A DNA stretch of 64,000 bases from positions 12,654-76,653 of the IMG/VR virus record IMGVR_UViG_3300036805_000175; one strand, 5' to 3'. The notes beneath the pieces were generated by a model. The model ran no database searches, was not told the origin of the DNA, and saw nothing but the letters and a program-made list of their open reading frames with translations. The stretch is from a virus. Lineage: Duplodnaviria > Caudoviricetes. The translations under genes and the position numbers were made by a program. Shown here piece by piece: positions 9,026 to 18,473 of this stretch (position 1 is its first letter; the number at the start of each line of letters is the position of its first letter).

Positions 9026-9706
9026 GTGCCCAGGGTACTGCAGCCCGCTACCTGTCCCTCGTGCGATGGCGAGTTTCTGCCAGCAGACCGCCTCGCGAAA
9101 GTGTCTGCCCAGGTCTACTGCTCACTCCAGTGCCGGGCGCGGTACAAGATCAGGCGGCGTAGCAGGTGCGCCCGCTGTAAGACCCGCAAGATCGAACGCG
9201 GTTCCTACTGCCGTCCCTGCCAGCGGGCCTACGATCAGGAGAATAAAGCCCGGTTCCGGCCCACCTGTGCAGCCTGCGGTGCCCTGCGGGAAAGCAATGC
9301 TAGCCATCCGTCCTACTGCCGGGCCTGCATAAGCGTAAAACGGGCCTCGGCAAAGCGGTGGCGGAAAACATGCAGGACCTGCGGGAAGTTGCGTGAGGAC
9401 AGTTCGCATCCGTCCTATTGCCGTGCCTGCCAGTGGGCGGCATGGCTCCGGCAGAAATACAAGATCACGCTGGAAGAGTTCGCAGCTAAGGTGGCCGAGC
9501 AGGATGGCCGGTGTCCCATCGATGGCGAGATGCTGGACGTGAGCCTGGACGCGATGACTGGCCGCCGCAAGACCCGCGTGGATCACGACCACAGGACTGG
9601 CCGGTTCCGGGGCATCACGTGCCACCGCCACAACATCGGCATGGGCTACTTCGCCGACGACCCGGCGCTGCTGCGGGCGGCGGCCAGCTACCTGGAGACG
9701 GCGTGA
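9026..9706 (+). CDS. Endonuclease VII-family (His-Me) homing-type endonuclease with N-terminal CxxC repeats
   Basis: GGAGG RBS at 9016-20; many CxxC motifs; KYKIT..EQDGRCPI..VDHDHRTGRFRGITCHRHNIGMGYFADD. Confidence 0.85.
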   Translation: MPRVLQPATCPSCDGEFLPADRLAKVSAQVYCSLQCRARYKIRRRSRCARCKTRKIERGSYCRPCQRAYDQENKARFRPTCAACGALRESNASHPSYCRACISVKRASAKRWRKTCRTCGKLREDSSHPSYCRACQWAAWLRQKYKITLEEFAAKVAEQDGRCPIDGEMLDVSLDAMTGRRKTRVDHDHRTGRFRGITCHRHNIGMGYFADDPALLRAAASYLETA

Positions 9707-9843
9707 TAGCTGAGATCGTGGGTGGCCAGTTCGACGGCTCCCAATACATGCTGCCCTCTGGTGTGTATCCGGGCTCCACGATCGTCACGATTGAGCGCGA
9801 CGGCCAGATCTGTGAACGTGGAGCCCGCTACCTGCCTCGCTGA
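9703..9843 (+). CDS. Small hypothetical protein (46 aa)
   Basis: GTGA overlap with the endonuclease stop. Confidence 0.4.
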   Translation: MIAEIVGGQFDGSQYMLPSGVYPGSTIVTIERDGQICERGARYLPR

Positions 9844-9880
9844 TTACGCCATCCATCCTCCCGGACAGGAGATCCTGCAA

Positions 9881-10222
9881 GTGACCGCAACGCCGCTCTT
9901 GAGCTATGAGCTGATCACCGAGGACGTGCGCATACCCGCATCCGGGAACACCTGGACCCCCAGTACTGCCGGTATCATCGTGGACCTGGACATTCCGGCC
10001 GACGGTTTCGTCGCCGGCTCCGGCGTCATCGTCCTGCAGGTGCTCAACACCTCCGGCGATATGGTTGATGTCACCGATTATGAGACGGTCGCGGCGGCGG
10101 GTGACGTACACACGCACAGCGGCCCGCACCCCACCGACTCGGCCAAATGGCGATTCCAGATTTACGCTGACGAGCAGATTCCTCTCGTGCACCTCTGGAT
10201 GACCGTTCTCACCGGTCCCTAG
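9881..10222 (+). CDS. Hypothetical beta-rich protein
   Basis: GTG after AGGAG; lower GC3 than neighbours. Confidence 0.55.
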   Translation: MTATPLLSYELITEDVRIPASGNTWTPSTAGIIVDLDIPADGFVAGSGVIVLQVLNTSGDMVDVTDYETVAAAGDVHTHSGPHPTDSAKWRFQIYADEQIPLVHLWMTVLTGP

Positions 10223-10224
10223 CC

Positions 10225-10776
10225 GTGAGGCTGGTCCGCTCCTGGCCGGCCGACGTGCCGGGCCACCATCCCCGCGTCGTCGACGGCCTGGAGCGGGTCA
10301 TCACGGACGGCCCGGACTACCGGCCGCTGGCGGGGATCGATGACGACCTGATCCACCTGGACTGGGACATGGCCGTCTGCCCGGAGGACCTGGCCCACTT
10401 CGCCGCGCACGCCCGCGAGGACCCCGGCGCGGTGCTCGTGGGCCCGTACAGGATGTACGCGGGCAGCCTGCAGGGTGCCCGGCCGCGCGGGCTGGCCGCC
10501 GATGAGTGGGCGATGCGCCGGTACTGCGCCGGGCCGGCGGGCGCGGAGACGGCGATGCGGCACATCACCCCCGGCGACGGGGCGTGCCACCTGTTCGGGT
10601 TCGGCATGGTGTACTTCCCGGCCGGGCTGCTCGCAAAATTCTGTGCGGCGTTCCCGGGGGAGCCGCTGACCGACATCGGCTGGTCCGGCTGGCACAACCG
10701 CAACGTGAGCTATGAGGCGCGGCTGTGCTGGCACGTCCACCCGGTGCACCTGAACTTCCCCCCGCCGTCGCTGTGA
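10225..10776 (+). CDS. Minimal GT-A-like glycosyltransferase (putative)
   Basis: DDDLIHLDWD (DxD-like), FGFGMVYF, DIGW, CWHV pattern. Confidence 0.5.
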   Translation: MRLVRSWPADVPGHHPRVVDGLERVITDGPDYRPLAGIDDDLIHLDWDMAVCPEDLAHFAAHAREDPGAVLVGPYRMYAGSLQGARPRGLAADEWAMRRYCAGPAGAETAMRHITPGDGACHLFGFGMVYFPAGLLAKFCAAFPGEPLTDIGWSGWHNRNVSYEARLCWHVHPVHLNFPPPSL

Positions 10777-10840
10777 CCCCTTTGAGAGTGCAGGCTCCGG
10801 TAGGGTCTGCCGTAATGGCCATCACCGATGGGAGTGAGCC

Positions 10841-11059
10841 ATGAGCACCGACCGGGCCGAGCATCTCGCGGACGAGCTGGCCGACGCGGAGACCGACGGT
10901 CGCAGCACGGACGCGCAGCGGATCGCCAAGCACGCCGAGGCCGAGCGGGAAGCCGCCGGCCGTGACCGCGGCGAGGCCGCCGCCGAGCGCGAGCAGCAGA
11001 CCCGCAGCCGCCACACGCCGCCGAAGGGCCGCCGCCGCGCCGCCCCCGGCAGCACGTGA
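10841..11059 (+). CDS. Small charged protein
   Basis: GGGAGTGAG RBS; GC3-rich. Confidence 0.7.
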   Translation: MSTDRAEHLADELADAETDGRSTDAQRIAKHAEAEREAAGRDRGEAAAEREQQTRSRHTPPKGRRRAAPGST

Positions 11060-11445
11060 CCCCAGCGACCGCTGTGACCGAGTTCAAAATCGCCCAGCAG
11101 GCCAGCCCGGGGGAACGGTACGCGCCTGCCGCGTTCGATGCCCAGGTGGGCACCGGGATCCCGCTGAACCTGTACGGTGCCAAGGTCGCCACCGCCACCC
11201 TGACCGCCGCTGACGTGTCCGGGGACGGCACGTCGGTGCTGCTGACGCTGGACCTGGACGACACCGAGAACACCCGCCGCGGCGACCTGGCCCGCACGGT
11301 GCTGGAGATGATCCGCGGCGGTGGCCTGCCGTCCGCGTCGTTCCGGCTCCCCGGTGGTGTCACCCTGCACCCGCGCGAGGCGCAGGAGTACACCCACATC
11401 GAGGACGGTCCCGGCCCCGGCGCGCGCAAGGACGGGCTGACGTGA
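11056..11445 (+). CDS. Hypothetical protein
   Basis: GTGA coupling on both sides. Confidence 0.65.
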   Translation: MTPATAVTEFKIAQQASPGERYAPAAFDAQVGTGIPLNLYGAKVATATLTAADVSGDGTSVLLTLDLDDTENTRRGDLARTVLEMIRGGGLPSASFRLPGGVTLHPREAQEYTHIEDGPGPGARKDGLT

Positions 11446-11753
11446 CCCAGCCGCAGCCGGCCGGGCCGCCGCTGCTCGACCCGGGCAACCGGTGGATCAC
11501 CCCGGAGCAGTGCGACCTGACCACCGGCCGCATGTACCTGACCGATAACGCGACCGGGCTGCGGACTGAGTACGCGGTGCTGACGTTCCGGGCTGGCAAC
11601 TCCACGATGACCCTGCTCGTCACGAAGGACGAGCTGCGGTCGTGGATCGGCTCCCTGCGGGAGACGCACGGCAAGATGAGCAGCGTCGCCATCGCCACCC
11701 CGGGCGGCCCGCCGGTGCCACTGCCGGACGGGCTGCGCAAGGGCCGTGGCTGA
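11442..11753 (+). CDS. Hypothetical protein
   Basis: GTGA coupling; GC3-rich. Confidence 0.65.
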   Translation: MTQPQPAGPPLLDPGNRWITPEQCDLTTGRMYLTDNATGLRTEYAVLTFRAGNSTMTLLVTKDELRSWIGSLRETHGKMSSVAIATPGGPPVPLPDGLRKGRG

Positions 11754-11895
11754 CGAGCCCGCCCCGCAGGGCACCCGCACCGAGACCACCGTGCGCACCT
11801 ACGACGCGGACGGTGAGCTGACCGGCGAGACCGTCACCACCGTGACCAAGACCGAGCCGGAGCCTGAGGGCAAGCGGCCCGGGTTCTACCTGTAG
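11746..11895 (+). CDS. Small Thr-rich protein (49 aa)
   Basis: GTG at 11746 to TAG at 11895; not in the ORF track. Confidence 0.5.
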   Translation: MADEPAPQGTRTETTVRTYDADGELTGETVTTVTKTEPEPEGKRPGFYL

Positions 11896-11939
11896 CGAGT
11901 CATTGCCCGCGCTCGGCTACTGAGGGAAAGGCCGCACTG

Positions 11940-12398
11940 ATGGCGCTCACCGCTCACGTCTTCCCGCAGTTCATCATCGGCATGAACGCGGGCAACATCG
12001 AGTTCGGGTCCGGCACATTCAAGGTGGCGCTCGGCAATGCCGCCGGGCCCATCACCCTGGCCACGGCCGGGATCTCCACGGCCACCCTGTTCACCGACTG
12101 GACGGCGATCGTGCCGGAGATCACCGGCACCGGCTACACCGCCGGCGGTGCCACGGTCTCCAGCCCCACGTTCACCGCCGGCGGCAGCAACGACAGCGTG
12201 GCCACGTGGACGACCGCGACGAACCCGTCGTGGTCCGGGGCAACGTTCACCGCCAACCAGGCCGTGTTCTACAAGTCGTCGGCGACCACGAACCAGCTGA
12301 TCTGTTTCTGGGACTTCGGCGGCGCCGTCTCGGTGACCAGTTCCACGTTCACGCTGACGATCGCCGGCACCGGCATCCTGACCGCCACCGCGTCCTGA
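11940..12398 (+). CDS. Virion structural protein (EITGTGYTAGG type)
   Basis: FKVAL..EITGTGYTAGG..LICFWDFGG pattern seen in phage minor structural proteins. Confidence 0.7.
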   Translation: MALTAHVFPQFIIGMNAGNIEFGSGTFKVALGNAAGPITLATAGISTATLFTDWTAIVPEITGTGYTAGGATVSSPTFTAGGSNDSVATWTTATNPSWSGATFTANQAVFYKSSATTNQLICFWDFGGAVSVTSSTFTLTIAGTGILTATAS

Positions 12399-12411
12399 GA
12401 AAGGCAGCCTG

Positions 12412-12876
12412 ATGAGCGACCACATCTACGAGGGCGCCTGGACCTACACCTCCGGTGCCGCCGCGCACGCCATCGGTGAGATCATCCCGGCGTCGCTGGC
12501 CACCGGGAAGCGGCCCCCGGAGATCCGCGAGATCGGGGTCTTCAACCAGTCCGGCGTGGGTGCCCAGATTGGCCTCGGCCGCCCGGCAGCGATCGGTGTG
12601 ACGCCGGGCACGCAGACCACCGTGCAGGCCGGGAACAGCATCGACACTATCGCTGGCAACACGGTCATCGCCGCCTCGTGGGGCACCGCACCCACAACCC
12701 CGACGACGTTCATGCGCCGGGCCGACCTGCAGGCCGTGGCGGGCGCGGGCGTGATCTGGACGTGGCTGCCGGGTGAGTTCGTGCTGTGGTCGGGCGCGTC
12801 CATCAGCACGCTCGTCCTCTGGCAGCTATCCACGCTGGCGGTAACTTTCGACCTCTACTGCAAGGTAGCGGAGTGA
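12412..12876 (+). CDS. Putative virion structural protein
   Basis: Beta-rich; lies in the structural operon. Confidence 0.6.
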   Translation: MSDHIYEGAWTYTSGAAAHAIGEIIPASLATGKRPPEIREIGVFNQSGVGAQIGLGRPAAIGVTPGTQTTVQAGNSIDTIAGNTVIAASWGTAPTTPTTFMRRADLQAVAGAGVIWTWLPGEFVLWSGASISTLVLWQLSTLAVTFDLYCKVAE

Positions 12877-12880
12877 TTTA

Positions 12881-14014
12881 GTGCCGCAGTACGCCATGCA
12901 GGCGGGCAGCCGCATCGCCTCCATGCCCGGGATCGTGCCGCCGGTCACGATCACCACCACCGGATCCACGTTCTCCCCGTGGGTGGTGGCGGCACCGGGG
13001 GTGACGGTCACCTGGTCATGTCCCAGCGCTGGAGTCACCGCCACCGGCCTGACACCCACGCTCAGCTTCGGCAGCGCGGCGTCGCGGGTGGTCTACATGA
13101 CCGCCGTAGACGCGTTCGGCAACGACGCGCTGAACCAGATCACCCTGTTCAACATCGGGTTCAGCTCTGGGGATGACGTTGGCATCAACAGCCTGCCGTC
13201 GTCCTGCAACTGGCCCGTCCAGTCCGTCTCCGGGATCGCTAACGTGAACTCGATGACCGGGCTGCAGCTTTTCCTCGCCGCCGGCAACACGGGGCTGACC
13301 GGCCCGGTCAGCTTCAACGGCATGACCAGACTGCTCAACATCGAGTGCTATGCGTCATCGTTCACGTCGGCCACCATTGCCGGCTGCACGTCGCTGGTGC
13401 GGTGTGTCATCGAGCAGAACCGGCTGACCACGTTCGACCCGTCCCCAGCGGCGGCGACGCTGCAGGAACTGCGGATCGCCTTCCAGCAGGGCGGCTCGAT
13501 GACGCTGCCCGCATCGCTGCCCGCCTTCCCGAACCTGTACCACTGGTGCCTGCGCGACCAGGCCGTCGTCAACATGCCCAGTTTCGCCAGCGGGTTCCCG
13601 GCGCTCACCCAGCTGTGGATCTGGAACACCGGCCAGTCCGGCACGCTCACCGTCAACTCGGGCGTGCAGATGGACTCGGTCCTCGCCCACAACAACGCCT
13701 ACACGGCGGCGAACCTGGGCAGCCTGTTCCCCTTCACCGGCGGCCAGCTCACCGGGCAGATCGCCATGGCCTCCAACGCGCTCACGTCGGTGACCATCAG
13801 CGGCGACGGGCAACTGTACAGCGTGGACTTCTCCGCCAACTCACTGCCGCAGGCCCAGGTGGACTCCATCCTGACGACGGTAAACGGGTACGGCACGGCG
13901 GACTCGCTCGGCCTGGTGGACGTGTCCGGCACGGGGAACGCCGCGCCGTCGGCCACGGGAACGTCAGCGGCGACGGCGCTGCGCGGCCGGAGCTGGACCG
14001 TCAACACCAACTAG
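12881..14014 (+). CDS. Leucine-rich-repeat-like virion protein
   Basis: Degenerate LxxLxxxxN units (LVRCVIEQNRL, LTQLWIWN, LYSVDFSANSL); C-terminal NAAPSATG..RSWTVNTN. Confidence 0.6.
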   Translation: MPQYAMQAGSRIASMPGIVPPVTITTTGSTFSPWVVAAPGVTVTWSCPSAGVTATGLTPTLSFGSAASRVVYMTAVDAFGNDALNQITLFNIGFSSGDDVGINSLPSSCNWPVQSVSGIANVNSMTGLQLFLAAGNTGLTGPVSFNGMTRLLNIECYASSFTSATIAGCTSLVRCVIEQNRLTTFDPSPAAATLQELRIAFQQGGSMTLPASLPAFPNLYHWCLRDQAVVNMPSFASGFPALTQLWIWNTGQSGTLTVNSGVQMDSVLAHNNAYTAANLGSLFPFTGGQLTGQIAMASNALTSVTISGDGQLYSVDFSANSLPQAQVDSILTTVNGYGTADSLGLVDVSGTGNAAPSATGTSAATALRGRSWTVNTN

Positions 14015-14023
14015 GGGCCTGAC

Positions 14024-15568
14024 GTGGCGATCACCGTCGTCCAGACCGCCACCGGCACCGGGAACCCCCCCGTCAGCTTCGCCAGCAGCATCACGCCCGG
14101 CAACACGGTGATCCTGATCGCGCCGTGCTACAACACCAGCGGCAACCCCAACACGATCACCGGTGTGAAGCTGGGCGGCGGCACCGTCACCGGGACGGCC
14201 GCGTTCTTCAGCCCGGGCACCACGGGCACCGTCAACTCGCCCACCGGGTCCGGGAACGTTGCCTCCATCGCGATCTGGATGCTGCCCAATATCCAGCTGG
14301 CCGGGCAGACCCAGGTCGACTACACGCCCAGCGGAAGCCAGGTCGGCCAGGTCGCCTACGAGGTCGCCGGGCTCGGCACGTCGCCGTCGCTGGACAAGCC
14401 CGCTTCCGGCAGCGGCACCACCACGGGCACCGTAACGTCTGGCAGCACCGGGGCCATCACCGGATCGCCGGAACTCATCGTCGGCGGTGCGATGATCTTC
14501 GCCGGGGCCACCGGCGCACCGGCGGGGTTCACCACCGCCAACCCGACGGGTGACTGCTGGGCCGGCTACCAGATCGCCACGTCGCCCGGTGGTTCCTACA
14601 CCTGGACACAGACCGGCAACGGCAACCCGTGGGCGGTCGCACTCGCCACCATCCAGGGCACCCCGGTAGCACCCCCGCCGGTCTATGTGATCCTCAGCGC
14701 ACCCTGGCGGCCAGCACCGCCGCCAGGCCGCGTGCCCACGCAGGTCGTCACCGGCCCGCTCCCGGCACCCCCGGCGAAGCTCGGCGGGATCACGCAGCCC
14801 GAGGCCGTCCCGTACCTGCTGCCCAGCGGCGTGGCACCGCAGGTCATCACGTCGCTCGTGCCCAGCAGCCCCGGCTCCGTCACGGGCCAGCCGGCCGCGC
14901 TCGCTCTCGCCGCCCCGGCGGGTTCGGTCTCTGCGGGCGGCATCATCGCCGGGGCTACCGCCGCGTTCACCCTCGCCGCACCCGCTGGCACCGTCAGCGC
15001 GAGCGGTGGCGTGGCGGGAATCCCGGCCGCGCTGACGTTCACCGCACCAGCCGGATCCGTTTCTGCCGGTGCCGCGGTGCAGGGTGCCACGGCATCGCTC
15101 ACCCTGTCCGCCCCCGCTGGCGCGGCGGGTGCGGGTGCCGGTGCTGCAGGCAGCGCGGCCAGCCTCACTCTCGCCACCGTCCCCGGTTCAGTGTCGGCTG
15201 GCGCTGTCCTCACCGGGGCCACCGCCGGGCTGGTGGCCTCCGCTCCCGCTGGCACTGTGTCCGCTGGCGCGGCTATCGCCGGGCTGGCCGCACGGCTCGC
15301 CCTCGCCGCGAACCCAGGCACCGTCACCACGGGGGCCGGGGTGACCGGAGTGGCCGCGAGCGTGGCCCTCTCGGCTCCCGCAGGCAGCGTGAGCGCCGCA
15401 ACTGCTGTCGCCGGGGCGACGGCCACAATGACCCTGGAGGCACCTCCTGGCCGTGCGTCCACAGCCGCCACGGATCCACTGATCAGCCTCATCCAGTCGT
15501 CCGGGGAGCCGCTGGCCATCACCCAGGGTGGCTCCGGGACGCTGCTCACCCAGAGCGGGAGGCCGTGA
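14024..15568 (+). CDS. Fibre-like virion protein with nine 22-aa repeats
   Basis: Repeat GxxAxLxLxAPAGSVSAGxxxx encoded at 14885-15478. Confidence 0.7.
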   Translation: MAITVVQTATGTGNPPVSFASSITPGNTVILIAPCYNTSGNPNTITGVKLGGGTVTGTAAFFSPGTTGTVNSPTGSGNVASIAIWMLPNIQLAGQTQVDYTPSGSQVGQVAYEVAGLGTSPSLDKPASGSGTTTGTVTSGSTGAITGSPELIVGGAMIFAGATGAPAGFTTANPTGDCWAGYQIATSPGGSYTWTQTGNGNPWAVALATIQGTPVAPPPVYVILSAPWRPAPPPGRVPTQVVTGPLPAPPAKLGGITQPEAVPYLLPSGVAPQVITSLVPSSPGSVTGQPAALALAAPAGSVSAGGIIAGATAAFTLAAPAGTVSASGGVAGIPAALTFTAPAGSVSAGAAVQGATASLTLSAPAGAAGAGAGAAGSAASLTLATVPGSVSAGAVLTGATAGLVASAPAGTVSAGAAIAGLAARLALAANPGTVTTGAGVTGVAASVALSAPAGSVSAATAVAGATATMTLEAPPGRASTAATDPLISLIQSSGEPLAITQGGSGTLLTQSGRP

Positions 15569-16443
15569 CCGTGGCATATGACATCGGGCAGACCTACCAG
15601 ACCGCCATCGACGTCACCGACGCCGGCAACCTCCCGGCCACCCCGGACCAGGCGGTGCTCACCGTCACCTGGTGGGACGCGGCCGGGCAGCAGGCCAGCG
15701 TGTACGCGCTGCATCCCACCGGCAGCCAGCAGCAGCTGCCCGATCCGGACCCGGCCGGGCATGTGGCGCTCAACTGGCAGTTCACTGAGGCCGCCACCTA
15801 CTGCTTCGACTGGCAGGCCGACGGGCCCGGTGGTGTGTCCGCGCACTCCAGCGACTATGTGACCGCGCGCAAGTACATCGCCGCGCTGCCGCTCGCCGAC
15901 GCGGCGGACTGGGTCGGCCTGTCCGACGCCCAGCAGATGCCCAAGCTGCGGGCGGCACTCGCGCTGGCCACCAAGATCGCCGAGGACGTGGTCGGCCCGA
16001 CCGTGCCGCGCACCTACACCGACGACTGGATCCCCGGCACCACCCGGCCGGTGCTGCGGGTGCCCCGGCCGCCGCTGCCCACCAGTTCCTCGGTGACGGC
16101 GCTGCGGAGCGTGTATGACGGCGGCCCGGCGTGGGACCCGGCCGACCTGATCGTCAACCCGGCCGCCGGGACCATCCGGTGGAAAGCCGGGATGGACTTC
16201 TGGTACGGGCCGTGGTTCGTCACCTACACCGCCGGGCGGGCCGAGGTGAGCGAGAACATCGCCGGCGGCGTCCGGGAGATCCTGTGGGACCTGTGGGCGA
16301 CGCAGCGGTACATCTTCGGGGACGCGCTGGAGCCGGACGCCGCCGACACGGCCGCGTTCGAGTCGCGGCTGCCGCCGGGCTGGGCGCCGCCGCGGCGGGC
16401 GATGGAACTGTTCGGCTCCGACACCCAGCCGTCATTCGGCTAG
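15565..16443 (+). CDS. Head-tail adaptor (gp6/gp15-like) with extra N-terminal domain
   Basis: GTGA start; LADAADWVG..LATKIAEDVVG..VTYTAGR..VREILWDLWATQR. Confidence 0.7.
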   Translation: MTVAYDIGQTYQTAIDVTDAGNLPATPDQAVLTVTWWDAAGQQASVYALHPTGSQQQLPDPDPAGHVALNWQFTEAATYCFDWQADGPGGVSAHSSDYVTARKYIAALPLADAADWVGLSDAQQMPKLRAALALATKIAEDVVGPTVPRTYTDDWIPGTTRPVLRVPRPPLPTSSSVTALRSVYDGGPAWDPADLIVNPAAGTIRWKAGMDFWYGPWFVTYTAGRAEVSENIAGGVREILWDLWATQRYIFGDALEPDAADTAAFESRLPPGWAPPRRAMELFGSDTQPSFG

Positions 16444-16489
16444 CCGGAGCATTTCCGGATTCACGCATAGGGATAGGCAGGAGCCTGCT

Positions 16490-16831
16490 GTGACCGCTTA
16501 CGCCGCCGACCCGGTGTCCTTCGCCGGCACCACCCCCAATAAGCGCACCGGCACCGCCTCGTCCGACAGCGTGCCGCAGGGCTGCCTGCTGCTGGTCATC
16601 AACACCACCGCCAACGTGCACAACCTTGACCTCGGCATCAACGCCACCTACCGGGGCGTGCAGGTGACTAACAGCACCACCGCCGGGCTCGGCAAGATGC
16701 GGTACGCCATCGCCGCGAACGCGTCGCTTTACATCCGGGTGCCCCCGGACGCCGGCGATGCGAACGGGCAGTGCTCGATCGCCATCGACAACACCGCCTC
16801 CGACATCACGTACTACGTAATTGGGGTCTGA
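16490..16831 (+). CDS. Small virion protein
   Basis: GGCAGGAG RBS; beta-rich. Confidence 0.6.
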   Translation: MTAYAADPVSFAGTTPNKRTGTASSDSVPQGCLLLVINTTANVHNLDLGINATYRGVQVTNSTTAGLGKMRYAIAANASLYIRVPPDAGDANGQCSIAIDNTASDITYYVIGV

Positions 16832-16833
16832 CC

Positions 16834-17136
16834 ATGGGATTCACCTTCGTTTCGGACACCGCTGTCGTCTCTGCCACTGAGGCAAACCAGGACGAGGGAA
16901 TTGCCTGGGCTGCGGTGGAAGGGCCGGCCGGCTCGACCGGTGTCAATGGCGGCGGGTGGGCTGTCGTTGCCAAAGACGATGGCACCTACAGTCAGGAGCC
17001 GTTGCCGCTGCCGGTCTACAGCAAGCCTGCACCGAACCCGGAATACCCCAACTACTGGTTTGTGGGGGTGCCCTGCCCGAAGACAGGTGGTGCCCCCATG
17101 CGGGTTTGGGGCCTGTTCTGGACGCCGGATGCCTGA
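16834..17136 (+). CDS. Hypothetical protein (lower GC)
   Basis: ATG at 16834 follows the upstream stop. Confidence 0.5.
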   Translation: MGFTFVSDTAVVSATEANQDEGIAWAAVEGPAGSTGVNGGGWAVVAKDDGTYSQEPLPLPVYSKPAPNPEYPNYWFVGVPCPKTGGAPMRVWGLFWTPDA

Positions 17137-17172
17137 TCTGTACATCTTCACGTTCTGGAGGTAACAGCGATC

Positions 17173-17556
17173 ATGGCCGAACCGCTGGGCATGGCCTACC
17201 GGGCCACGCAGCCCATCACCGACCCGGACACCGGTGCCCGCGCCTACAACACCGGCGACCTGGTGCACGAATCAGCGCTGGAGGACGGCGGCGGCCGGCT
17301 CGGCGTCAGGCTCGGCGTCAACGTCGAGCGGCGTGACCACGTGGCGGTGTCCCGGCCGGCGAAGAACGCGCCGGCCGCCCTGTGGGTGGAGTTCGCCGTG
17401 GCCGAGGGGATGGACAGGGCCGACGCGGAGGGGATGAGCCGCAAGGATCTCATCAAGCTGTACGGCGAGGCGGACGACCAGGCCGCCGCGCCGGTGGTGA
17501 CGCCGGCTGAGACGCCGGCCGGGGATGAGGGTGACGGGAATGCCGTCACCGGTTGA
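17173..17556 (+). CDS. Hypothetical protein with Rho-N/LSR-like C-terminal helix
   Basis: GGAGG RBS; AEGMSRKDLIKLYG motif. Confidence 0.6.
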   Translation: MAEPLGMAYRATQPITDPDTGARAYNTGDLVHESALEDGGGRLGVRLGVNVERRDHVAVSRPAKNAPAALWVEFAVAEGMDRADAEGMSRKDLIKLYGEADDQAAAPVVTPAETPAGDEGDGNAVTG

Positions 17557-17911
17557 GTCCGCCGGGCCCGGCATCACCATCGTGTGGAACCCGGCCGGGC
17601 TGGCCGACCTCATTTACAACCCGGACGGCCCGCTGAGCGAGTTCCTGCACGCCGCCGGGAAGATCGTCACCGCCGGGGCGCAGGCCCGCGCACTGGTGCG
17701 CACCGGGAAGATGCGCGACGAGATCACCTACGAGCTGGCCAGGTCCGCCAAGGGCTGCTACGTGAGCATCGTCTCCCCGGCCACCAACCCGGCCACCGGA
17801 TTCCCCTACCCGCTGGTGCACGAATCCGCCCACCCGCGGGACCGCCGCCCGCACCGGTCGCTGGTGCCCGCCCTCGGCGACATCGCCAAGATCACCGAAT
17901 CCTTGCTCTGA
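17540..17911 (+). CDS. HK97 gp10-like neck/tail-completion protein
   Basis: AQARALVRTGKMRDEI..YPLVHE pattern. Confidence 0.65.
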   Translation: MPSPVESAGPGITIVWNPAGLADLIYNPDGPLSEFLHAAGKIVTAGAQARALVRTGKMRDEITYELARSAKGCYVSIVSPATNPATGFPYPLVHESAHPRDRRPHRSLVPALGDIAKITESLL

Positions 17912-17924
17912 AAGGGGCTCACCC

Positions 17925-18473
17925 ATGACCACGACGCAGATCAAGGCCCAGCAGATCGCCTCCCTGTCGGTGGCCGCCGTGGTCGGCGGTGGCACGTTCG
18001 CCGCGGCCACCTATTTCTGGAAGGCCACCGCAGTGGGCCCGTGGGGCGAGTCCGGCGCGTCCGCGGAGGCGACGGTCGCGGTGGCGCTGAACGGGTCCGC
18101 GACGCTGACCATCGGTGCTGCCCCGGCCGGCACTCACCACCTCAACGTGTACCGGGGCACCGTCACCAACACGGAGAACAAGCTCATCGCCACGCTGCCG
18201 GCCGGCACCACCACGTTCACCGACACCGGCACGGCGGGCGTCACGGCCACCTGCCCGGCCACCGCGGCCGCGTTCGCGGCGCTCACCAAGTCCGGCGGTG
18301 TCCCCACCAAGGCCGGCGTGGCCGCGGTTGAGCCGGCCGGGCTGGCCGAGGGCCTCCAGCTGACCGCCTACGCCGGCGCGGTGGGCTGGTGCGCCAACAT
18401 CCCCTCCACCACGTGGCAGCAGCGCAACCAGAAGTACATGGCCGCCGCCGGGCTCGCCCTGCAGGAAGTCTGA
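17925..18473 (+). CDS. Virion protein with FN3-like domain
   Basis: TYFWKATAV..GES..LNVYRG..TFTDTG. Confidence 0.6.
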   Translation: MTTTQIKAQQIASLSVAAVVGGGTFAAATYFWKATAVGPWGESGASAEATVAVALNGSATLTIGAAPAGTHHLNVYRGTVTNTENKLIATLPAGTTTFTDTGTAGVTATCPATAAAFAALTKSGGVPTKAGVAAVEPAGLAEGLQLTAYAGAVGWCANIPSTTWQQRNQKYMAAAGLALQEV

